Assembly (NCBI GenBank): GCA_045531035.1
Contig: JAZSDF010000083.1
Location: 4,837-68,836 of the forward strand
DNA from: Acutalibacteraceae bacterium
GTDB lineage: Bacteria; Bacillota; Clostridia; Oscillospirales; Acutalibacteraceae
DNA length: 64,000 nucleotides
Reading direction: 5' to 3'
A program made the translations under genes and the position numbers. Shown here piece by piece: positions 56,582 through 64,000 of the stretch. The notes below the pieces were generated by a model. The model was given only the letters and a program-made list of their open reading frames with translations, had not been told where the DNA came from and ran no database searches. Every line of letters starts with the position of its first letter. Position 1 is the first letter of the stretch.

Positions 56582-57727
56582 ATGGCAAACTATTTGTTCA
56601 CATCCGAATCAGTTACGGGCGGACATCCCGATAAAATCTGCGACCAGATTTCTGATGCGGTTCTCGATGCTATTCTTGCTCAGGACCCTATGGGCAGAGT
56701 TGCTTGCGAAACCTGTTGCACAACCGGTATGATTCTTGTTATGGGTGAAATTACAACAACAGCAGAAATTGATATTCCCAAAATTGCAAGGGAAGTCGTA
56801 AATGATATCGGTTATAATAATGCTGAATACGGTTTTGACTGCAACACTTGCGCTGTTATGACTGCCCTTGACAAGCAGTCAGGCGATATAGCAATGGGTG
56901 TTGACAGACTCGGTGCAGGCGATCAAGGCATGATGTTCGGCTTTGCTTGTGACGAAACTCCTGAATTTATGCCCCTCCCCATTTCACTTGCTCATAAGCT
57001 TTGCGCAAAGCTTACAGACGAACGCAAAAACGGCACACTCGGTTATCTTCGTCCCGACGGAAAGAGCCAGGTTACAGTTGAATACGATGAAAATCACAAC
57101 CCTGTCAGAGTTCATACTGTTGTTATTTCTTCACAGCACGCTCCTGAAATTGAGCTTGAACAGATAAGAGCCGATATCATCGAAAAGGTTATCAAAACAA
57201 CAATCCCCGCTTCACTTCTTGATGAAAACACAGTTTATCACATCAATCCCACAGGCAGATTTGTAACAGGCGGTCCTCAGGGCGACAGCGGTCTGACCGG
57301 AAGAAAGATTATTGTTGATACATACGGCGGATATGCACGTCACGGCGGCGGTGCTTTCAGCGGTAAAGATCCCACAAAGGTTGACCGTTCAGCTGCATAT
57401 GCGGCACGTTATGTTGCCAAGAATATAGTTGCTGCCGGTCTTGCAAAGAAATGCGAGGTTGAACTTGCATACGCAATCGGCGTTGAGCAGCCTGTTTCCG
57501 TTTTTATTGACACATTCGGCACAGGAATAATCGCTGACAGCGAAATTTCTTCAATTGTAAATGATCTTTTTGACCTCTCACCTGCCGGTATTATCAGAAC
57601 ACTTGATTTGAGAAGACCCATATACAGACAGGTTGCTGCTCTCGGTCACATCGGCAGAACCGACATCGATCTGCCGTGGGAAAAGACAGACAGAGTTGAG
57701 GATATTAAAAAAGCGGCAAAAATCTGA
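56582..57727 (+). CDS. metK: S-adenosylmethionine synthetase
   Basis: Motifs [28 protein letters not shown]. Start ATG 56582 after GAGG. Confidence 0.98.
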   Translation: MANYLFTSESVTGGHPDKICDQISDAVLDAILAQDPMGRVACETCCTTGMILVMGEITTTAEIDIPKIAREVVNDIGYNNAEYGFDCNTCAVMTALDKQSGDIAMGVDRLGAGDQGMMFGFACDETPEFMPLPISLAHKLCAKLTDERKNGTLGYLRPDGKSQVTVEYDENHNPVRVHTVVISSQHAPEIELEQIRADIIEKVIKTTIPASLLDENTVYHINPTGRFVTGGPQGDSGLTGRKIIVDTYGGYARHGGGAFSGKDPTKVDRSAAYAARYVAKNIVAAGLAKKCEVELAYAIGVEQPVSVFIDTFGTGIIADSEISSIVNDLFDLSPAGIIRTLDLRRPIYRQVAALGHIGRTDIDLPWEKTDRVEDIKKAAKI

Positions 57728-57744
57728 TTTTAGGATGATATAAT

Positions 57745-58686
57745 ATGAAATTATCCCTTGTTATCCCTTGTTATAACGAAGAAAAGAATGTTTCTCTTTT
57801 TTATGAAGCTGTTAAAAAAGATTTTTCCGACGTTAACTTTGAATACGAACTTGTATTCGTTAACGACGGAAGCCGTGACTGCACATTCAAAGAGCTGAAA
57901 AAACTTTGCGACGGCGATTTACCAGTTAAAATTGTTAACTTTTCCCGCAATTTCGGAAAAGAAGCCGCAATGTATGCTGGACTTAAAGAAGCTGAAGGCG
58001 AATACGTAACAATCATTGATGCCGATTTGCAGCAGAGACCCTCGATCGCTCTTGAAATGGTTAACACTCTTGATAATGACCCTGAATATGACTGCGTTGC
58101 GGCATATCAGGACACAAGAAGCGAAAGCAAAGCTCTTGTTTTCTTTAAAAATTGTTTTTATAAACTTATAAACAAATTTTCCGATACTGAATTTATTCAG
58201 GGTGCAAGCGATTTCAGAACCTTCCGCAAACCTATGGTTGATGCGATTCTTTCAATGGATGAATATTTCCGTTTTTCAAAAGGACTTTTTTCATGGGTCG
58301 GTTTTAAGACAAAGTTCATTCCTTATGTTGCGGATGAAAGAGCAACCGGCGAATCTAAGTGGTCATTTACCAAGCTTTTTAAATATGCCATGGACGGTAT
58401 ATTTGCGTTCAGCACCACTCCCCTTCGCATTTCAACAATTATCGGTCTTGTAACGGCACTTTTATCCATTATTTATCTTTTTGTAGTTGTTATTCAGAAA
58501 CTTGCTTTCGGAATAAATGTTGAAGGATATGCAACCATTGTTGTTCTCATTCTTCTTCTCGGAGGTATTCAGCTTTGCTGCATTGGTATTATCGGTGAAT
58601 ATATCGCACGAACTTATATTCAAACAAAAAACAGACCGCTTTACATTGCAAAGGATATTATTAAAAACTATAAATACAATAAATAA
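57745..58686 (+). CDS. GT2 glycosyltransferase, GtrB/CsbB-like undecaprenyl-phosphate glycosyltransferase
   Basis: Motifs PCYNEE, NDGS, SRNFGKE, DADLQ, DFR and two C-terminal TMs. Confidence 0.92.
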   Translation: MKLSLVIPCYNEEKNVSLFYEAVKKDFSDVNFEYELVFVNDGSRDCTFKELKKLCDGDLPVKIVNFSRNFGKEAAMYAGLKEAEGEYVTIIDADLQQRPSIALEMVNTLDNDPEYDCVAAYQDTRSESKALVFFKNCFYKLINKFSDTEFIQGASDFRTFRKPMVDAILSMDEYFRFSKGLFSWVGFKTKFIPYVADERATGESKWSFTKLFKYAMDGIFAFSTTPLRISTIIGLVTALLSIIYLFVVVIQKLAFGINVEGYATIVVLILLLGGIQLCCIGIIGEYIARTYIQTKNRPLYIAKDIIKNYKYNK

Positions 58687-58724
58687 AAAATACGGTCAGC
58701 ACACAAAGTGCTGACCGTATTTTT
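58686..58724. terminator. Bidirectional terminator
   Basis: Perfect 17-bp inverted repeat AAAAATACGGTCAGCAC-N5-GTGCTGACCGTATTTTT. Confidence 0.88.
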
Positions 58725-59013
58725 ATGCTGTTTCTTTAAGTTCTCTTTCAAGCCAGACACAACCGATATCCATTGCATTATAGATACCTCTGCGTTCCGC
58801 TTTTTTAACAATCTTGTCTTTCATTCTGACGTCAGGGTCTGTGTTGACAAGCTGAACAACAACTCTGTCCGCAACCTCAACACCCTTGACTTCTCTGGTA
58901 CTTGTTATCTGCATTATAACAACATAAGGGTCGGACATATAGCCGTAATATATTGTTTTACCGCTTCTGACAAGAGGTCTGCCCTTATACATAAGAAACT
59001 TTTTCTTCGCCAT
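58723..59013 (-). CDS. Hypothetical 96-aa protein
   Basis: GAAGGAGT RBS; globular-looking sequence YKGRPLVRSGKTIYYG...WLER; follows ireB. Confidence 0.75.
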   Translation of the reverse strand: MAKKKFLMYKGRPLVRSGKTIYYGYMSDPYVVIMQITSTREVKGVEVADRVVVQLVNTDPDVRMKDKIVKKAERRGIYNAMDIGCVWLERELKETA

Positions 59014-59036
59014 GATACCACTCCTTCAAGTAATTA

Positions 59037-59285
59037 TTATTTAATTCCGAGATAGCACTTAACCATCGCCTGAAGAAGTTCGTCTCTGTCGAGTCTTCTG
59101 ACAAGACTGCGTGCATTATTATGTGTAGTAATATAAGTCGGGTCCTCGGAGAGGATATAGCCGACAATCTGGCTGATTGAATTATAACCCTTTTCATTCA
59201 AGGCTTCATAAACAGCGAGAAGATTTTTCTTCATCTCAATCTCATTTTCATCCTTGATTGAAAACTTTATTGTTTTATCAGTCAT
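59037..59285 (-). CDS. ireB: IreB/ReoM family regulatory phosphoprotein (UPF0297)
   Basis: VYEALNEKGYNSISQIVGYILSEDPTYIT...ARSL...DRDE. Start ATG 59285 after GGAGGTG. Upstream TTGTTT-N17-TATAAT. Confidence 0.93.
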   Translation of the reverse strand: MTDKTIKFSIKDENEIEMKKNLLAVYEALNEKGYNSISQIVGYILSEDPTYITTHNNARSLVRRLDRDELLQAMVKCYLGIK

Positions 59286-59360
59286 TTCGGTCACCTCCGT
59301 TACCCATTATTATATAACATAAATATAAATAAAACAAGTGTTTTTTATAAATTAATTTTA

Positions 59361-61724
59361 TTATGCCCTGAGTGTAACACCGATATTTGCAAGATTTTCA
59401 AGAATTGTATTAATCCATCCCTGAACCTCTTCCATTTCAAGTGTTCTGTCCATCGCCGTAAAATTAAGTCTTACTGTTATACTTTTGATACCGTCTTTTT
59501 CATAGGTGTCAATAACCTTTGAGCTTTCAAGTTCTGCAAGATCAAGTACATTCCAGCATGAAGCAAGTTCGGAATATTTTGTGTTTTCACCAAGAACAAG
59601 GGAAAGATCATAATAAGTTGACTGCTGTGTGCTAGGCTCTGCGAAGTGAATTGACAAAGCATCAAGAGATGAGAAAATATCCATATCAATTTCAAAACAA
59701 ACTGCAGCGGCTGTCTTATCAAGCTTTGCCTTGTTTGAGGGATGAAGGGCACAGAGAGTACCAACCTTAACGCCGTCAATGAGAATTTCTGCGGTATTCT
59801 TGGGATGCTGCCATGCGTGTTCAGGCACAATCTTATTATAGGCTGTATTCTTCTGCTTAATTGTTCCTATAATACAGTTTATGATTTCAACAGCCTTAAG
59901 ATATGCAGCTTTTTCATTACCGCTCTTATCATATATAACGGCACCCAGATGCTTTCTCTCGTTACAAAGTCCGTTTTCATCTGTTCCATCAACAACTCTG
60001 CCAACCTCAAAAATACCGTATTTATCAGCAAAATCCTTGTTTTCCTGAGCCATTACAAGAAGAGTGGGAAGCATTGAGTTGCGAAGAACACCGTTATCGG
60101 AATTTTCGATATTGAGGACCTTAACATTATCCTCCACTTCAATGCCGAGCTTCTTGAACTTTCTGCCGTCACACCATACATAGGAATGAACTTCATGGAA
60201 GCCGTATTTCTTAACAAGGATGTCCTTTATTTCGTCATCTTCCATTCTTGCGTAATCATTGGGAACGGGTTTAAGAGGACTGCTTGTTGTTGAGATATTA
60301 AAATTATCATAGCCGTAGATACGGGTAATCTCTTCAATTATATCAGCTTTGATTGTTACATCCTTTGTTGCTCTCCATGAAGGAACCTTAACGGTATATT
60401 CACCGTTATTGAAATCCAATGCAAATCCGAGAGCGGTAAGAGTTTTCATAATCTGCTCGTCGCAGATATCGATGCCTGTATAACGGTCAACATATTTCTT
60501 ATCAAACGAAAGAGAAATTTCAGGATATTTTCTTACATATTCGTCTGTTATCTTTGAAGCAACTCTTGCACCCGAGTCAATATCCTTGACAAGCTTTACA
60601 AATCTGCCGACAGCAGTCATTGTAAGTTCGGGGTCAAGCATCTTTTCATATCTTGCACTCGCATCGGTTCTGTGACCGAGTCTTGATGAAGATTTACGGA
60701 TGCTTACACCGTCAAAGTTTGCACTTTCAAGAACAACGGAACCTGTATCATCTTCAATTTCAGATTCAAGACCGCCCATGATGCCTGCAATACCGACGGG
60801 GGTGTCGCCGTTGCAAATCATGAGGGTTTCTTCATCAATAAGTCTTTCAACGCCGTCAAGAGTTTTGAAGTTCATCTTTTCCTTCGGAGTTGTAACAACA
60901 ATATTATCAATAGAATTGCCTGCAAATGCATGAGTAGGCTGACCGATTTCAAGCATGATATAGTTAGTTACGTCAGCTAGAAGGTTGATTCCTCTCATTC
61001 CGCAGTAGAAAAGACGGATTCTCATATCAAGAGGGCTCTTATTCTTTGTAATATTATCCATCTTAATGCATGAATATCTGTAAACAAGGTCTTCTCTGCC
61101 GATTTTAACATCAATTTTATCATCGCCGTCATATGAAAGATCGCCCATTTCAAGAGGCTTGAGCTCTCTGCCGGCAAGGGCTGCAAGTTCTCTTGCAATA
61201 CCATAATGACCCCAAAGGTCAGGACGGTTTGTGAGTGATTTGTTATCAACTTCAAAAATAATATCATCAATCGGGAAAATATCCTTGATGTTTGTGCCGT
61301 TTTTGAGTGAGGGATCAAGTTCCATGATTCCCGAATGTTCGTCGCTGAGACCGAGTTCTTTTTCGGAACAGCACATACCCTCTGATTCATAACCTGCAAC
61401 GGTTGCAATCTTGATTTCGCCGCCGCACACTCTGCCCCCTGCAAGTGCAAGAGCAACCTTCTGACCTACAGCAACATTGGGTGCACCGCAAACGATGTTG
61501 CAAACCTTTTCTCCGGCGTCAACCTTAAGAAGATGAAGCTTCTTTGAGTTAGGATGATTTTCAACTGAAAGGATTTCTCCGACAACAACGTTCTGAACGT
61601 CATCACCTTTTACAATTATATCTTCAACCTCTGCCGTTGCAAGGGTGAAGCTTTCAATAAGCTTTTTAATATCCAGACCTTCAAGGTCAACATAATCTTT
61701 AATCCAGTTAATTGATACAAACAT
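59361..61724 (-). CDS. pheT: Phenylalanine--tRNA ligase beta subunit
   Basis: Motifs IVCGAPN, SEGMCCS..EL, GQP.HAF, VPSWR...D...DIIEEI.RIYGY; C-terminal anticodon-binding domain. Confidence 0.96.
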   Translation of the reverse strand: MFVSINWIKDYVDLEGLDIKKLIESFTLATAEVEDIIVKGDDVQNVVVGEILSVENHPNSKKLHLLKVDAGEKVCNIVCGAPNVAVGQKVALALAGGRVCGGEIKIATVAGYESEGMCCSEKELGLSDEHSGIMELDPSLKNGTNIKDIFPIDDIIFEVDNKSLTNRPDLWGHYGIARELAALAGRELKPLEMGDLSYDGDDKIDVKIGREDLVYRYSCIKMDNITKNKSPLDMRIRLFYCGMRGINLLADVTNYIMLEIGQPTHAFAGNSIDNIVVTTPKEKMNFKTLDGVERLIDEETLMICNGDTPVGIAGIMGGLESEIEDDTGSVVLESANFDGVSIRKSSSRLGHRTDASARYEKMLDPELTMTAVGRFVKLVKDIDSGARVASKITDEYVRKYPEISLSFDKKYVDRYTGIDICDEQIMKTLTALGFALDFNNGEYTVKVPSWRATKDVTIKADIIEEITRIYGYDNFNISTTSSPLKPVPNDYARMEDDEIKDILVKKYGFHEVHSYVWCDGRKFKKLGIEVEDNVKVLNIENSDNGVLRNSMLPTLLVMAQENKDFADKYGIFEVGRVVDGTDENGLCNERKHLGAVIYDKSGNEKAAYLKAVEIINCIIGTIKQKNTAYNKIVPEHAWQHPKNTAEILIDGVKVGTLCALHPSNKAKLDKTAAAVCFEIDMDIFSSLDALSIHFAEPSTQQSTYYDLSLVLGENTKYSELASCWNVLDLAELESSKVIDTYEKDGIKSITVRLNFTAMDRTLEMEEVQGWINTILENLANIGVTLRA

Positions 61725-61727
61725 TTC

Positions 61728-62807
61728 TTATGCCTCCTTGCTTTCTTCGGGTCTGGTGAATGAATTTGCGGTAAACTGTGAAAGTGACTTAAGATTTCCG
61801 CTGTTGAATACACGGATATCCTTAACGCCGTATGTCATCATTGCAAGTCTTGTCATACCAAGACCAAATGCAAATCCGATATATTTTTCGGGGTCAATGC
61901 CTGCAGCTGTAAGAACATTGGGATGAATCATTCCGCAGGGACAGAGTTCAAGCCAGCCTGAATCTTTGCATGAGGGACAGCCCTTACCCTTACAGATTGT
62001 GCACTGAATATCAAGCTCAAATCCGGGTTCAACGAAGGGGAAGAAACCCGGGCGGAGTCTTACCGTGATATCCTTCTGGAAAACCTCGGAGAGCATTGTT
62101 TTCATGAAATAAATAAGATTTGAAATTGAGATATCCTTATCGACCATGATACCTTCCATCTGGAAGAATGTGTTCTCATGGCAAGCGTCAATCTTTTCAT
62201 TTCTGAAGCATCTGCCGGGGAAAATAGCTCTGATAGGATTGCCGTTTTCAAGGTTAGCGGCATACTTGCGGAGAATTGTATTCTGCGCAGCTGATGTATG
62301 AGTTTTGAGAAGCTGACCAGAGCTAAGATAGTAGGTATCCTGCATATCTCTTGCAGGGTGATGCTTAGGAATATTAAGAGCTTCAAAGCAGTTGTAGTCA
62401 TCAGTTATTTCAGAATAATCCTCAATGGAAAATCCCATACTGAGGAAAATATTCTCGACCCTTCTCTTTGTAAGAGTAATGGGATGATATGAGCCGAGAC
62501 CTGCATCTGTGGGCATGGATTCATCATAGCTCTCTGCACTATCGATAAGTTTCTGTTCTTCAAGAGCCTTGAGTTCTTCAAGCTTTGCGGCAATCGCAGC
62601 TTCAACAAACTGCTTTGTGTCATTTATTGCCTGACCAGCCTCTTTCTTCTGCTCATTGGGAACGTTGCGAAGCTCCTGCATAAGAGCTGCAACAGAGCCT
62701 TTTTTCCCGAGAAACTCAATTCTGAGCTGTTCAATTTCAGAAGTTGCGGTTACAGCCGAAATTTTTTCTTCAAACAGCTTTTTTAATTCTGCGGTTTTTT
62801 CAAACAT
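61728..62807 (-). CDS. pheS: Phenylalanine--tRNA ligase alpha subunit
   Basis: Motifs HPARDMQDT, RPGFFPFVEPG, GFAFGLG..R. Confidence 0.97.
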   Translation of the reverse strand: MFEKTAELKKLFEEKISAVTATSEIEQLRIEFLGKKGSVAALMQELRNVPNEQKKEAGQAINDTKQFVEAAIAAKLEELKALEEQKLIDSAESYDESMPTDAGLGSYHPITLTKRRVENIFLSMGFSIEDYSEITDDYNCFEALNIPKHHPARDMQDTYYLSSGQLLKTHTSAAQNTILRKYAANLENGNPIRAIFPGRCFRNEKIDACHENTFFQMEGIMVDKDISISNLIYFMKTMLSEVFQKDITVRLRPGFFPFVEPGFELDIQCTICKGKGCPSCKDSGWLELCPCGMIHPNVLTAAGIDPEKYIGFAFGLGMTRLAMMTYGVKDIRVFNSGNLKSLSQFTANSFTRPEESKEA

Positions 62808-62834
62808 TTATATCAATCCTTTCATAATTTACAA

Positions 62835-63068
62835 TAAAAAATCCCCCGTCAAATGACGAGGGACGAATTAAATCCGCGGTACCACCCTGATTCACAGCAT
62901 AAGCCATGCACTTAAATCCAATAACGGAGGAATCCGTTGAAGCCTACTGTTATTTCAGCTTCACCGCTAACGGGTGAACTTCGGTAAAACACTTCACAAT
63001 CCGCTCTCAGCCGCCGACGGATTTTCTCTTTAGTGAGTGGATTTTACTTACTCTCCCGATCACTGCGT
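62835..63068 (-). ncRNA. T-box riboswitch with Phe (UUC) specifier
   Basis: Minus strand: stem I with AGTA, AGAGA and GCTGAGA motifs; GAAG-TTC-ACCCG specifier at 62976-62978; T-box AATCAGGGTGGTACCGCG; terminator TCCCTCGTCA-TT-TGACGGGGGA-TTTTTT. Confidence 0.93.
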
Positions 63069-63084
63069 TTCATATATCCATAGC

Positions 63085-63113
63085 ATTTTATCACAAGGAT
63101 ACATAAAATGCAA
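63085..63113 (-). promoter_or_regulatory. Sigma-A promoter of the pheS T-box leader
   Basis: TTGCAT-N17-TAAAAT with extended -10 TG. Confidence 0.6.
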
Positions 63114-63141
63114 GAGTTTTGTTATTTTTAATGTATTTTTT

Positions 63142-63639
63142 TTAGAAATATATGCGAACAAGTGAATCAATCAGATAAAAGCATTCAGCAACGGAAGGAA
63201 TATAAAGATAATTCAAATCACAGATACCTTCATATTCAATTCCGTCTTTCATACCGTTCAATACGATTTTCTTCTTATTTATTCCAGGAGTTTTGATATT
63301 CATGGTGTCAAAATGATTGGTATAAACATTAAAATTTCCCGCAACATAATCAGAAAGCCCCGTCCAATTTGTTTGGATTGTAACGGTTTCGGTTTGTCCA
63401 TCGGGATATGTTATTTTAAGAACTGTACCGTCAAACAAAGGACCGAAACCTGCAACTGAAACAAGGCTTTGTATAGGTCTGAAAATCACAGAAACCTCAA
63501 CATCCTCAACTGTCGGAAGTGTCGGCGTATCAATAAATTCGGAATCTCCTTCAATTTCTTCTGCCGAAGTAATTATTGACAATGAACCAAAACAAAATAT
63601 AATTGCGAGAACAACCGATAAAAGCCTTTTGATTTTCAT
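63142..63639 (-). CDS. Secreted hypothetical protein, possibly Ig-like
   Basis: AAAGGAG RBS; signal peptide ending in ITSA; G.VLKITYPDG beta-rich pattern; C-terminal amphipathic helix. Confidence 0.65.
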   Translation of the reverse strand: MKIKRLLSVVLAIIFCFGSLSIITSAEEIEGDSEFIDTPTLPTVEDVEVSVIFRPIQSLVSVAGFGPLFDGTVLKITYPDGQTETVTIQTNWTGLSDYVAGNFNVYTNHFDTMNIKTPGINKKKIVLNGMKDGIEYEGICDLNYLYIPSVAECFYLIDSLVRIYF

Positions 63640-63662
63640 TTAAAATTCTCCTTTTTGTTTTG

Positions 63663-63713
63663 ATTGTACTCTATTTATCGATAATTGTCAATAGTATGAG
63701 CACAAAATATAAT
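63663..63713. promoter_or_regulatory. Back-to-back divergent sigma-A promoters with overlapping -35 boxes
   Basis: Minus: TTGACA(63691-63686)-N17-TACAAT. Plus: TTGTCA(63685-63690)-N17-TATAAT(63708-63713). Palindrome TTATCGATAA at 63675-63684. Confidence 0.65.
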
Positions 63714-63729
63714 TGACTTGGTGATAAAC

Positions 63730-63930
63730 ATGATAACTTATGAGCCTTTTTATGAAACATTGAAATCAAAAGGCATTTCCACATATAAATTTTTAAAAGA
63801 TTTCAATATCAGTCGTAGCTTGCTCGACCGTCTCAAACACAATAAACCAATCAGCACGGTCACACTCAATGACCTATGTAATTTTCTTGAATGCACTCCG
63901 TCAGAAATAATCAGATATACAAAAGATTAA
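63730..63930 (+). CDS. Cro/C1-type (XRE) helix-turn-helix transcriptional regulator
   Basis: MITYEPF...KGISTY...ISRSLLDRLKHN..ISTVTLNDLC..L.C.PSEII. Alternative in-frame GTG at 63721. Confidence 0.88.
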   Translation: MITYEPFYETLKSKGISTYKFLKDFNISRSLLDRLKHNKPISTVTLNDLCNFLECTPSEIIRYTKD

Positions 63931-63962
63931 CCGCCATTCTCATAGTAAGAACGGCGGTTTTT
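63929..63962. terminator. Bidirectional terminator
   Basis: AACCGCC...GGCGGTT-TTT hairpin between convergent genes. Confidence 0.7.
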
Positions 63963-63965
63963 GTT

Positions 63966-64000
63966 TTATTTAATCATCTCATTAAATTCATCTTCGCTGA
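63966..64000 (-). CDS. C-terminal tip of an incoming gene, possibly NAD-dependent DNA ligase (BRCT end)
   Basis: Reads ...SEDEFNEMIK-stop, resembling the (I)SExEFxxMI end of LigA. Only 10 codons are visible. Confidence 0.35.
   Translation of the reverse strand, partial: SEDEFNEMIK

Noticed and set aside
43236-58686. 15-kb plus-strand block as a recent inversion or genomic island
   Set aside because: It contains housekeeping genes (dusB, nadE, metK); no integrase, IS, tRNA or flanking repeats, and no obvious compositional break by eye.
1-64000. CRISPR arrays, tRNA/rRNA genes, prophage, anti-phage defence systems
   Set aside because: No regularly spaced repeats, cloverleaf or rRNA signatures, phage structural genes or defence motifs seen. 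The Sir2 protein is a standard CobB-type deacylase, and intergenic gaps are short.

Overview
A 64-kb chromosomal segment from a low-GC Bacillota (Clostridia) organism. Gene content and synteny resemble Oscillospirales/Ruminococcaceae-like gut bacteria (inference). I found no rRNA, tRNA, CRISPR array, transposase, integrase or prophage. The core is a long minus-strand housekeeping run: tepA-ftsK-ygiQ-MBL-DUF3006, then miaB-ylbF-mutS-mutL-miaA-HlyD-like-yggS-sepF-divIVA-lspA-rluD-HAD-split transketolase. Also present are pckG, polA-ywlE-rimI-tsaD, T-box-led pheS-pheT, ireB and SAM-I riboswitch-led metK. Two accessory zones (about 1-11 kb and 44-56 kb) are rich in predicted exported hydrolases. 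The best candidate for an undescribed system is at 47.7-52.9 kb. It is an operon of an ECF sigma factor, a single-pass anti-sigma-like protein with a PepSY-like domain, and a lipoprotein serpin whose reactive loop reads F-G-S at P2-P1-P1'. It lies directly upstream of a secreted papain-family (C1A) protease, suggesting a protease-sensing, protease-inhibiting circuit. Several unrelated secreted proteins also share a C-terminal aromatic amphipathic helix that may be an unrecognised surface-anchoring signal. All family calls come from motif recognition by eye; no database searches were run.
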